Assembly: GCA_963812135.1 (NCBI GenBank)
Contig: CAWETU010000005.1
Location: forward strand, 160,001 to 224,000
Length of the DNA stretch: 64,000 nucleotides
From: Vulcanimicrobiota bacterium
GTDB taxonomy: Bacteria; Vulcanimicrobiota; Vulcanimicrobiia; Eremiobacterales; Eremiobacteraceae
Reading direction: 5' to 3'
The position numbers and the translations under genes were made by a program. Below are positions 46,504 to 55,566 of the stretch, piece after piece. Each line of letters opens with the position of its first letter. Positions within the stretch are counted from its first letter, which is position 1. Below the pieces are notes generated by a model. The model made no database searches, was not told the origin of the DNA, and worked only from the letters and a program-made list of their open reading frames with translations.

Positions 46504-47340
46504 CTAGTGGCGCGCCGTGAGCACGAACCGTTCAATCGCCAACATTGTCGGATCGCCCGGGCTGCTCAAGCCCTCGATGATGTCCCAGTGCGAGCGGTCG
46601 GCAGGCTCGAGATCCTGGACCGAGTCACCCGCCGCTTTGAGCTGGTCGTAGAGCTGGCGCGCGATGGCTTCGGGTGCCATCGTGTCGAGCCGGCCATGGA
46701 TCACAAGAGACGGCGGCTCGTGACCGCGCAGTCGCGGCTGGATATCGAAACGCCACCATTGCGTGCGGTCAGCGCCGAACGCGGGATCGTAAATGCCTTG
46801 ATAACGCGGATCGAGCGCGCTGACGTCGCTCGATGGATTGATGCCGACGGGCGCGATCGCGACGATGCCGGCGATGTGCGTGCGTGCGACAAACCCGTTG
46901 ACGATAGCGAACCACGCGAGCTGCGCGCCCGCTGAGTGGCCCACGAGGAACGTGCGCGCCGGATCGAATCCGAAATCGCTCGCGCGTCCGGCAAGCCAAC
47001 GTATCGCCGCTGCCACCTTCTCTGCCTGTTGCGCCGCGGGTGTCTGCGGCGCGAGCGGATAGTTGACGATCGCGGCGGCGATCCCACAGCGTGCGAACGC
47101 CCGCCCAAGCTTTTCGTAGTCGCTCTTGTTGCCGCCGACCCATGCGCCGCCGTGGATGTAGATCACAAGCGGACCGCCGCGCGCGCCGTGCGGCAAATAC
47201 AGGTCGAGCGCTTCGAATTCTCGGTCGTCGCCGTATGCGTGGCTCGCCGCGTCGACCTGGTACGCCGCGTTCGGACAAGGCGATGAAGCCGGACCGCTAC
47301 CGATGGCCATCGCGGCGATCCACAGCCACGCCGCGATCAC
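46504..47340 (-). CDS. Secreted alpha/beta hydrolase (HSL-like)
   Basis: HGGAW, GHSAG, HG..D, H motifs; signal peptide. Confidence 0.88.
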   Translation of the reverse strand: MIAAWLWIAAMAIGSGPASSPCPNAAYQVDAASHAYGDDREFEALDLYLPHGARGGPLVIYIHGGAWVGGNKSDYEKLGRAFARCGIAAAIVNYPLAPQTPAAQQAEKVAAAIRWLAGRASDFGFDPARTFLVGHSAGAQLAWFAIVNGFVARTHIAGIVAIAPVGINPSSDVSALDPRYQGIYDPAFGADRTQWWRFDIQPRLRGHEPPSLVIHGRLDTMAPEAIARQLYDQLKAAGDSVQDLEPADRSHWDIIEGLSSPGDPTMLAIERFVLTARH

Positions 47341-48203
47341 GCGCCCGAGACGAAGTGCGCGATCGCCGTCAGCACCGGATCATCCGGATCGCGCGTCATG
47401 TCGACGAGCACACCGCTATAGTCGTGACCGTCAGGCTGGAGGTAGGTCACGTTGTCGTGCGCGCGCGTGAGGTCCGCGACCAGCGCTTGCGACGCGGCAG
47501 CGCTTGAGAGATAGTCGTCCACGCCATGCACCACGAGGAAGCGCGGTTCGCCGCCCTTGAGGAATTGATTGCAGTCGTATTGCTTCCATTGCGAGGGATC
47601 GGCCCCGAACGCCATCGCGTATGAGCGGTAACGCGGATCTGACGGCGCGGCGGCGGCTTGCGACGGCTCGTAGCCCTCGCCTTCAAGCGCGATGACGCCG
47701 GCTATTCCTCCGGCGGGTACTCCGGCTCCCGCCAGGAGCTTTTGATCGACCGCCGCGAGCGTCGCGAGCTGCGCACCGGCGCCGTGGCCCATCACGAATA
47801 CCTTGGTGCGCGCATAGCCTTTTGCGGCCGCTTTGTCGAGCACCCATTTGACAGCTTTGTCGATGTCCGCGGCCTCCGCGTCAGCGCGCGCTTGCGGCGA
47901 GAGCGGATAGTTCAGCGCGACAAACGCGATGCCGCACGCTGCGAACGTCTCGCCGAGCGTGCGATATTGCGACTTGTCGCCGCGCGTCCATCCGCCGCCG
48001 TGCACGAACAGGATCACGGGCTCGTTGCTCGTCGTCGCCGGCAGGTAGGCGTCCAAGGCCTCGAAGTTGGTGTCTGCGCCGTACACCGCGCTCGAGGTCT
48101 GCACCGCGTGCGCGGGCGTCGGGCATGGCGCTGCGCCGACGCGCGTCGCGGTCATCCCCACGACGCCTGCTGCGACGCATACGACGATACCGACATATCT
48201 CAT
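47337..48203 (-). CDS. Secreted alpha/beta hydrolase paralog lacking the catalytic Ser
   Basis: HGGGW, GHGAG in place of GHSAG, HG..D, H. Confidence 0.8.
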   Translation of the reverse strand: MRYVGIVVCVAAGVVGMTATRVGAAPCPTPAHAVQTSSAVYGADTNFEALDAYLPATTSNEPVILFVHGGGWTRGDKSQYRTLGETFAACGIAFVALNYPLSPQARADAEAADIDKAVKWVLDKAAAKGYARTKVFVMGHGAGAQLATLAAVDQKLLAGAGVPAGGIAGVIALEGEGYEPSQAAAAPSDPRYRSYAMAFGADPSQWKQYDCNQFLKGGEPRFLVVHGVDDYLSSAAASQALVADLTRAHDNVTYLQPDGHDYSGVLVDMTRDPDDPVLTAIAHFVSGA

Positions 48204-48261
48204 ACGGTCTATTGTAGCCGTAGTAGGCGCGGCACGGCAAGCGCGCGAATTGGCACGCGCT

Positions 48262-48939
48262 GTGTTCTACTTCGATCCGACCTACTTCATCTACATGTTA
48301 CCCGCATTGCTCTTCGGCATGTGGGCACAGTGGCGGGTGTCAAGCTCGTACAACCGCTACTCGCGGGTGCCCACCGCCAGCGGCATCACCGGCGAGCAGG
48401 CTGCCGCGCTGCTGATGCAACGCACCGGCTACACCTTCGGCATCGCGCACATCCCCGGCATGCTGACCGACTACTACGATCCCAGCAAGAAGACCATGTT
48501 CTTGTCGGAGAGCTCTGTTCAGAACTCGGTCGCTTCGGTGGCGGTCGTCGCGCACGAGTTCGGCCATGGCGCGCAAGACGTCGAAGGCTACATGCCGATG
48601 CGGCTGCGCGGCGCGATCGTGCCGGCCGTCAAGGTCGGCTCCTGGGTCGGACCCATCGTGTTCATCATCGGGCTAGCGCTTTCGATCACCCAGCTCGCGT
48701 GGGCGGGCATCATCTTGTTCAGCGCCGCCGCGGTGTTCGCGATCGTGACCTTGCCGGTCGAGCTCAATGCGAGCCACCGCGCGCTCTACTATCTCAACAG
48801 CTTCGGCATTTTGTCCCGCGATGAGCTCCCGGGCGCCCAGGATGTCCTCGGCGCCGCCGCCCTCACCTACCTGGCAGCCATCGCGCAGGTGGTACTCCAG
48901 CTGATGTACTTCATCAGTTTGCTAAGCCGCCGCCGCTAA
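48262..48939 (+). CDS. Membrane zinc metallopeptidase (YugP-like)
   Basis: LTDYYDP, AHEFGH, TLPVELNAS.RA, AAALTY. Confidence 0.9.
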   Translation: MFYFDPTYFIYMLPALLFGMWAQWRVSSSYNRYSRVPTASGITGEQAAALLMQRTGYTFGIAHIPGMLTDYYDPSKKTMFLSESSVQNSVASVAVVAHEFGHGAQDVEGYMPMRLRGAIVPAVKVGSWVGPIVFIIGLALSITQLAWAGIILFSAAAVFAIVTLPVELNASHRALYYLNSFGILSRDELPGAQDVLGAAALTYLAAIAQVVLQLMYFISLLSRRR

Positions 48940-49075
48940 GGCGCTGCCGGCCCCGCCAGCCCCCTGCGCGGAGGCGGGATTCTCCGTACCCCGAGACCCC
49001 GAAAGTCCGCGAAACCACCGATTCGGCCAACCCCCTGCGCCCGGTACGATGGGGTCGTAAAGGAGGGCCACGCCC

Positions 49076-49420
49076 ATGTTTCGGTATCCGTCCATCACCG
49101 TCACGTCCTTCGTCGAGCCATTCGACCAGGACTCGGAACTACGCGTCCGCAGCCAGTTCCGCCATCACGTCAAGTTCGGCCGCCGGCTGCACATCATCGA
49201 TCTTGACCAGCTGGATGCTGCTAGCTCGGCCGTCTTCCGCTCGCTGATCATCGCGCTCCGCACGGCACGCCAGGTCGGCGGCGACGTCCGCATCGTCAAC
49301 TCACGGCCAAGCATGCGCCGCGTGCTTGCGCTGACGGGTCTGTCGCGCGTGTTCGGCGTGCACAGCACCGTGCGCGACGCCGTCATGGCGCTGCGCGAAG
49401 AGGCGCTAAAGGCGAGCTAA
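49076..49420 (+). CDS. STAS-domain protein (anti-sigma antagonist-like)
   Basis: IIDL..L..ASSA, GG.VRIV, VLALTGLSRVF; AAGGAGG RBS. Confidence 0.8.
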   Translation: MFRYPSITVTSFVEPFDQDSELRVRSQFRHHVKFGRRLHIIDLDQLDAASSAVFRSLIIALRTARQVGGDVRIVNSRPSMRRVLALTGLSRVFGVHSTVRDAVMALREEALKAS

Positions 49421-50217
49421 GGGGTGCGCTTTGGCCAGCGCGGTTTGCGCTTGTCGAGGAACGCTCTGATGCCTTCGTTCGCGTCGGCCATGAGCGCGTT
49501 GAACGTCATGATCTCCTTGGTGTAGGCGTATGCCTTGCGCTCCGACATATCGATCTGGCGATAGAATGCTTCCTTGCCGATCGCCACGACGTTCGGGCTC
49601 GCATCGGCGACGGCCAGAGCGAGTTCCCGCACCGCGTCCTCGAGCTGAGCGGTGGGCACGGCCTTGTTGATGAGCCCTTGCGCGAGCGCTTCCGATGCGG
49701 GGATCGGCTCGCCGGTGAGCAGCATCTCCATCGCCTTCTTGCGCCCGATGGCGCGCGTGAGCGGCACCATTGGCGTCGAGCAGAACAATCCGATCTTGAC
49801 GCCGGGAGTGGCGAACCACGCGGTGTCCGCTGCGACCGCGAGATCGCACGTCGCGACCAGCTGGCAGCCGGCCGCGGTCGCAGGTCCCTGCACTTGCGCG
49901 ATGACCGGTTGCGGGATCTCGTGGATCGTCTCCATGAGCTCGACGCACAGATCGAAGATGCGCTTGTACTCGATGACCGTGCGGTTGACGAGTTCGCTCA
50001 AGTCGTGTCCGGATGAGAAGATGGTGCCGTTGGCTCGCAGGACCACGGCTTTGATATCGAGATTCTTGCTGACTTCGCGCAGCGCCATGACCAGCTGCAG
50101 CATCAGCGCTTCGGACAGGGCATTGCGCTTTTTCGGCCGGTTTAGCGTGATGTACGCGAACTCGCCGTCAAGCTCGAGCAGGACGTCGGCGGTCGGATTG
50201 GTCAGCATCGTCGCCAT
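49417..50217 (-). CDS. Enoyl-CoA hydratase/isomerase family protein
   Basis: NRP.KRNAL, FSSGHDL, AAGCQLVATCD, GLFCSTP. Confidence 0.9.
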   Translation of the reverse strand: MATMLTNPTADVLLELDGEFAYITLNRPKKRNALSEALMLQLVMALREVSKNLDIKAVVLRANGTIFSSGHDLSELVNRTVIEYKRIFDLCVELMETIHEIPQPVIAQVQGPATAAGCQLVATCDLAVAADTAWFATPGVKIGLFCSTPMVPLTRAIGRKKAMEMLLTGEPIPASEALAQGLINKAVPTAQLEDAVRELALAVADASPNVVAIGKEAFYRQIDMSERKAYAYTKEIMTFNALMADANEGIRAFLDKRKPRWPKRTP

Positions 50218-51887
50218 CAGTTGATACGCTTCTCCCGGCCGGCCCATTCCTTGTCGCGCAGCTTGAACTTTTGGACCTTGCCCGTCGACGTCTTCGGCAG
50301 CGGTCCGAACTCCACCGTTTTCGGGGCTTTGAAATGCGCGATCTTCTCGCGACAAAACGCGATGATATCTTCTGAGGTGGCCTTCGCGCCTGGCTTGAGC
50401 GTCACGAATGCCTTTGGAACTTCGCCCCATTTCTCGTCCGGCACGCCGACGACGGCGGCCTCGAGCACCGCGGGGTGGGCGTAGACGGCGCGCTCGACTT
50501 CGATCGTCGAGATGTTCTCGCCACCGCTGATGATGATGTCCTTGGCGCGATCGCGCAGCTCGATGTAGCCGTCAGGATGCATGACGCCGAGGTCGCCCGA
50601 GTGGAACCAGCCGCCGCGAAACGCTTTGTCGGTCGCCGCCTGATCGTTGAAGTAGCCCTTCATGACATTGTTGCCGCGCATGACAACTTCGCCCATGGTC
50701 GACGCGTCAGCGGGCACATCGTTCATCTGGTCGTCCACGACGCGCAATTCGGGCGCGTGGATGAATCCCACGCCTTGGCGCGCCTTGAGCCGCGAACGTT
50801 CTTCGGAATCGCGGTCGTCCCACTTGCTCTGCCACTCGCTCACCGTATGCGGTCCGTACGTCTCCGTCAGGCCGTAGGCGTGGGTGAGGGTGGCTCCCAT
50901 GGACTCGATGCGCGCGATGACAGTCGGCGGCGGAGGTGCGCCCGCAGTCACGATGCGCAACTGCCGCGGGAACTTGTAATCTTTGCTCGGCGGTTCGTTG
51001 GCGATCATGACCAAGACAGTCGGCGCGCCGCACAGATGCGTCACGCCTTCACGCTCGATCAGCTCGAAGATCGCCTTCGCCTCGACCTTCGGCAGCGCGA
51101 TGTGGCGCGCACCGGCCGCCGTCACCGCCCACGTGTAACACCAGCCGTTGCAGTGGAACATCGGCAGCGTCCATAGATAGACGCTTTGTCCGGTGAGCCC
51201 GGCGTGATAGACCTCGCCAAGCGCGTTGAGGTAGGCACCGCGGTGCGTGTACATGACGCCTTTGGGCCGGCCGGTCGTGCCGCTCGTATAGTTGATGGAG
51301 ATCGGATCGTCTTCGTCATCGATCCCGAGATTGAACGGTTCGGGACTACCGCGCGAGATGAACTCCTCATACGTCGCGTTGGAGGGTCGAATAAATTCGA
51401 CCCCTGCGTTGGCCGGTTCGTGGCCGACCCAAATCACGTGCTCGACGTTGGACGCTGCGAGCCCCGGAGCGATGAGCGGCGCGAAATCCGGGTGCGCAAT
51501 GATCGCCTTCGCACCGCAATGCTGGAGGATATAGCCGATCTCATCCGCGCTCAGGCGGATATTGATGGCGACGAGCACCGCGCCGATCTGCGGCACCCCG
51601 AAATGCGCTTCCAGCGCCTCGTCCGAATTGTAGGCGAGCAACGCGACGCGGTCGCCCTTTTCGATGCCGGCGGCGCGCAGCGCGCTGGCCAGCGCATACA
51701 CGCGTCCGCCGACCTGCCCATATGTGTAACGGCGCGCGCCGTCCACCATGCCGTCCTTGTCCGCGAAGACGTGAGCGCTGCGGTCGATGAACGCCAGCGG
51801 CGACAGCAGCGACCGGTTGACGGCCATACCATCCCACTGGTCACGGGACCAGAGCTTTTGAAACGTCGGTCGATCCAGCCCTAACAT
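50217..51887 (-). CDS. Acyl-CoA synthetase (AMP-binding)
   Basis: NYTSGTTGRPKG, LPMFHCNGW, YGLTETYGP, FHSGD, LPKTSTGK. Confidence 0.93.
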   Translation of the reverse strand: MLGLDRPTFQKLWSRDQWDGMAVNRSLLSPLAFIDRSAHVFADKDGMVDGARRYTYGQVGGRVYALASALRAAGIEKGDRVALLAYNSDEALEAHFGVPQIGAVLVAINIRLSADEIGYILQHCGAKAIIAHPDFAPLIAPGLAASNVEHVIWVGHEPANAGVEFIRPSNATYEEFISRGSPEPFNLGIDDEDDPISINYTSGTTGRPKGVMYTHRGAYLNALGEVYHAGLTGQSVYLWTLPMFHCNGWCYTWAVTAAGARHIALPKVEAKAIFELIEREGVTHLCGAPTVLVMIANEPPSKDYKFPRQLRIVTAGAPPPPTVIARIESMGATLTHAYGLTETYGPHTVSEWQSKWDDRDSEERSRLKARQGVGFIHAPELRVVDDQMNDVPADASTMGEVVMRGNNVMKGYFNDQAATDKAFRGGWFHSGDLGVMHPDGYIELRDRAKDIIISGGENISTIEVERAVYAHPAVLEAAVVGVPDEKWGEVPKAFVTLKPGAKATSEDIIAFCREKIAHFKAPKTVEFGPLPKTSTGKVQKFKLRDKEWAGREKRIN

Positions 51888-51893
51888 CGCCGC

Positions 51894-53492
51894 CTACATT
51901 TCGAGAGCCGTGATGTTCCGTACTGCTTCGCGCGACGTACGGACGACGATCCAGGCCACGATCAGGCTGCACCAGACCAGTCCCAGCAAAATCGCCGCCG
52001 CGCCGTCCCAGACGCCATGGAGTCCGACGCGTGACGCGGCCAAGAACGCCCCGCACAACGCCAGGACGAGCAGCCCGCTAAGGAAGGGCATTATCATGCG
52101 CACGCCGCGATTGATCGCGTTCGGGTTCTCCCAATCGAAGGACGGGAAGCGCGTGTCGAACTCCACGCCGTAACAGATCGACGCCGCTGACATCAGCAGC
52201 GCGAACACCACCAGCGAAAGCGTCTCCAGCGCCGAGAAACGATATCCGCCTCCCAGCAAAATCGCCGCGATCACCGAGATGAGCGCCGTCTGCCCGTACG
52301 CGCCGCCGATCTTGGCGGTGAAGATCTGCCGCGGCGTGAGCGGTGAGCTGCGCAGCAGCCAGATGCTCGCATGCTCGAGCGAGAGCGCGGTCATGCCCGG
52401 ATTGAGGCTGTCGAGCACGGCGACGAAGCCGATCTGCATCATGGCGAGCTGCACCGTGAGCGGCAGGAGCGGGCTCTCCACTTGGTGGCCGACCAGCAGG
52501 TAGCCGATGAAGCCGAGCGACGTGATGTGGGCAAACCAGAGCTGCGGCGAGCGGATGAAGGCGCTGATGTCTTTCCAGACTACTGCGGCGACCGGGCTCA
52601 GCTTCGGCGGCACGGTGGCGGCAAGCGCGCTGATGCGTTTGCCGGTCGCCGAACGGCTCCAGCCTTCGACGAAGCCTTGCGAGACGATCGCCAGCGCGAT
52701 CGGGCAGGCGATCAACGCGACCAGCGCGATGTAGCCGAGCCAGCCGAATGTGTTGGCGGCATCGCCGGCGCCGCCGAATGCGAGCAGTTTGCCGAGCCAC
52801 GTGCTGGGCAGCCACGCCGGCGCGCTCGGCAGCTTCAGCGACGTGATATCGCCTTCCATGTGCGCGAATCGCGCGAAGTTGAACAGCCAGAATCCGGTCG
52901 GCAAGGCGGCGCCGATCACCCAGAGCATCTCCTTCGCCAATCGCGGCGGGATGAAGCGCAAGGCGATGATCGTGACGGTTGCGAGTCCGGCATAGAGGAT
53001 GGCCGGGAACAGCGCGAGCCCCGCGATCGCGGCGAGATACGCCCACCATGGTGCGCTAAGCGCGAGCAGGTAGCCCGCGACGAACGGCAGCAAGAAGACG
53101 CCGACGTACACTTCGTTTTGCGCCACGCCGAGCATGAATTTCGCGACCACGAGGCTCGAAGCGCGCACCGGCATCACCAGCAAGATGGGCATGTCGGACG
53201 AGAGGTACATGTCGTTGAGCGCTTGGCCGAACGCGATGAAGAGATCGGTGAACAGGTACACCAAGAACGCCCACGCTGCGACGCTGAACAACAGTCCGGT
53301 GGCGTGCGCGGCCGCAAGCGCCCGCACTCCGATAAACGTGCCGCCGAAGATCATGAGCACCAGCACGCTCGAGGCGATGAACGCCACGAGGTAGATCGAG
53401 CGGCTGCTCCAGTCGCGACGCGAGGTGAGCATCCGGAAGCGGATGAGCCGCGTGGTGAGCAGCCAGGTCTCGGCGATCGCGCCGCGCGTCAT
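51894..53492 (-). CDS. Putative ABC-2 exporter permease
   Basis: Two repeated TM halves (SDMPILL.MP; SLE..SIWLL.SSP), FP.FDWENP; coupled to the ATPase gene. Confidence 0.8.
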   Translation of the reverse strand: MTRGAIAETWLLTTRLIRFRMLTSRRDWSSRSIYLVAFIASSVLVLMIFGGTFIGVRALAAAHATGLLFSVAAWAFLVYLFTDLFIAFGQALNDMYLSSDMPILLVMPVRASSLVVAKFMLGVAQNEVYVGVFLLPFVAGYLLALSAPWWAYLAAIAGLALFPAILYAGLATVTIIALRFIPPRLAKEMLWVIGAALPTGFWLFNFARFAHMEGDITSLKLPSAPAWLPSTWLGKLLAFGGAGDAANTFGWLGYIALVALIACPIALAIVSQGFVEGWSRSATGKRISALAATVPPKLSPVAAVVWKDISAFIRSPQLWFAHITSLGFIGYLLVGHQVESPLLPLTVQLAMMQIGFVAVLDSLNPGMTALSLEHASIWLLRSSPLTPRQIFTAKIGGAYGQTALISVIAAILLGGGYRFSALETLSLVVFALLMSAASICYGVEFDTRFPSFDWENPNAINRGVRMIMPFLSGLLVLALCGAFLAASRVGLHGVWDGAAAILLGLVWCSLIVAWIVVRTSREAVRNITALEM

Positions 53493-54268
53493 ACGCCGGC
53501 CGGTTCGCGAAAAATGTCGGCGATGCGGCGGTCTTCGACGCCGCCGGTGAGATGCAGGAAGACCTCTTCAAGCGTGTCGCGGCCGCGCAGCTCGCGCAGT
53601 TCGGGCACGGTGCCGACTGCGGCGATGCGCCCATGGTCGATGATCGCGACGCGATCGCACAAGCTTTCCGCGATCTCCATGATGTGCGTCGACATCAGCA
53701 CGCCGCCGCCCGCGCGCGTCACCGCGCGCACGATGTCTTTGAACAGGCGCGCGCTCTTTGGATCGAGGCCGACGGTCGGCTCATCGAAGAAATAGATCTT
53801 CGGCTCGTGCAGCAGCGCGGCGCAGAGCGCGACTTTCTGACGCATGCCGTGCGAGAAGCTCTCGAGCAGACCGCCCGCATCAGCGTCGAGCTCGAACAGC
53901 GCGAGCAGCTCGCGGATGCGGCGCTGTTTGCGTTTCGCGTCCATCTCGTAGACGTCGCCGACGAAGTTCAGAAACTCGACCGCGGTGAGCTTGGGATACA
54001 GCGACGGCTCGTCGGGCACGTAGCCGAACAAGCGCTTAGCCTCGACCGGGTGGGTGGTGATGTCGTAGCCGCCGATCGTGGCGCGACCCGAGGTCGGGCG
54101 CAGCAGACCGGTGAGGATCTTGATCGTGGTGGTCTTGCCGGCCCCGTTGGGCCCGAGAAACCCGAAGATCTCGCCCGGCGCGACCGAGAACGAGATGCCA
54201 TCAACGGCAAGCGTATCGCCGTAGCGCTTGGTCAGGCGATCGACGACGACCAACGGGGGGAGAAGCAT
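53489..54268 (-). CDS. ABC transporter ATP-binding protein
   Basis: GPNGAGKTT, FSHGMRQK, DEPTVGLD. Confidence 0.95.
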   Translation of the reverse strand: MLLPPLVVVDRLTKRYGDTLAVDGISFSVAPGEIFGFLGPNGAGKTTTIKILTGLLRPTSGRATIGGYDITTHPVEAKRLFGYVPDEPSLYPKLTAVEFLNFVGDVYEMDAKRKQRRIRELLALFELDADAGGLLESFSHGMRQKVALCAALLHEPKIYFFDEPTVGLDPKSARLFKDIVRAVTRAGGGVLMSTHIMEIAESLCDRVAIIDHGRIAAVGTVPELRELRGRDTLEEVFLHLTGGVEDRRIADIFREPAGV

Positions 54269-54288
54269 ACTCTTAGATTATCGTCAGT

Positions 54289-55461
54289 CTATTGGGGAGG
54301 CCCATGGGCGGCCGGGTGCGGCGTGGCAATATCGTGGCCGTGGCCGGGCCCCGCGGCGCGTACCACGGGCGGTGCGGGCGTCGTCGGTGGAATGGAAGCC
54401 GCCTCGCCCGATAGCAACTGCTGGATGTAGGCGGCATCCGCCCCAGTGGCCGGCTGCGGCACGCCTTGCTCGAGCAGCATGGGGACGGCGCGCCACGATG
54501 TGACGATCGGTCCATGCAAGCTGATCTCGAGGACGGCGCTGCGGGTCTGGATGCCCGGCTGCGTGTCGAAGATGAAGTTGCCGAGCGAGTACGCGATCAA
54601 GCCCCCATGATATGCTTCAACCGGCCCGAGCACGTGCGGGTGCGCGCCGAGCACGATGCTGGCACCCGCATCGATCGCGGCGTGCGCCAAGCGGATATGA
54701 TCCGCGGTCGGGGTGCTGAGCAGCTCCGTACCCCAATGCTCGTAGACGATCACGATGTCGGCATTCGCGTGCGCCATGCGGATCGCGTGCGCCAGCGTGC
54801 GCAAGTATGCGGCCGTGACGTCGCCGGTCGATGGATCGCGTCCGGGCGCCACGCCGGCCGCGTGCGCCGTCGCGCCATAGCCGCGCGGAATGACTTCGGA
54901 CACGCCGAGCAACGCGAAGCGGACGCCGCGGCGTTCGAAAAAGGCCGGCTGCCACGCGAGCGCTGCGTCGTCACCGGCGCCCGCGGTGGCGATGCCGTTG
55001 TCGTGCAGCGTCTGGAGCGTGTCGTCGAGCGCGTTCTTGCCGTAATCGAGGATGTGATTGTTCGCCAGCGTCAGCGCGGCGAATCCGGCGTGCGCGAGCC
55101 CGGCGGCCGCGGCAGGTGTGCCGCGCAGTAGGAATTCTTTGCGCGCTTTGAGGTCCTTGGCAGACTTCGATTTGGTCGGCTTGCCTCGATCGGAGAGCGG
55201 GCACTCGAGATTGCCGACGATCGCGTCGGCCTGGACGAGGGTCGCGTGGGCCTGCTTGAAGGGCGCGTCAGCCCCATCGGTTTGAACGAGCGAGCTCACC
55301 CGCCAGCCGAGCATGACGTCGCCGACCGCGTCGATCTTGACGTCCGTCGTCGTCGCGCGCGCGTTTGTCGCGGTCGAACTCGTTCGACCGGGATTTGGCG
55401 CAACGGCCGATTGAAAGTTGGTGCTGACGAGCAACGCCAGCACTGCAAACGCAAACTGCAT
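54289..55461 (-). CDS. CapA-family metallophosphatase
   Basis: GDVM, NLE, LANNH..DYG, HWG.E, HPHV, YSLGNFIF. Confidence 0.9.
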   Translation of the reverse strand: MQFAFAVLALLVSTNFQSAVAPNPGRTSSTATNARATTTDVKIDAVGDVMLGWRVSSLVQTDGADAPFKQAHATLVQADAIVGNLECPLSDRGKPTKSKSAKDLKARKEFLLRGTPAAAAGLAHAGFAALTLANNHILDYGKNALDDTLQTLHDNGIATAGAGDDAALAWQPAFFERRGVRFALLGVSEVIPRGYGATAHAAGVAPGRDPSTGDVTAAYLRTLAHAIRMAHANADIVIVYEHWGTELLSTPTADHIRLAHAAIDAGASIVLGAHPHVLGPVEAYHGGLIAYSLGNFIFDTQPGIQTRSAVLEISLHGPIVTSWRAVPMLLEQGVPQPATGADAAYIQQLLSGEAASIPPTTPAPPVVRAAGPGHGHDIATPHPAAHGPPQ

Positions 55462-55566
55462 GGACGTCTAAGAGTTTCCGTACCAAGCGAGCGGCTCCCG
55501 CAGGGCGAACGGGGGGCCGCTCACTGAATGATACGTTTGAAAGACGAAATCCGATGAATCGTCCCG

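Noticed and set aside
54289..55461. Poly-gamma-glutamate capsule locus
   Set aside because: capB/capC are absent, and orphan CapA-family proteins are common.
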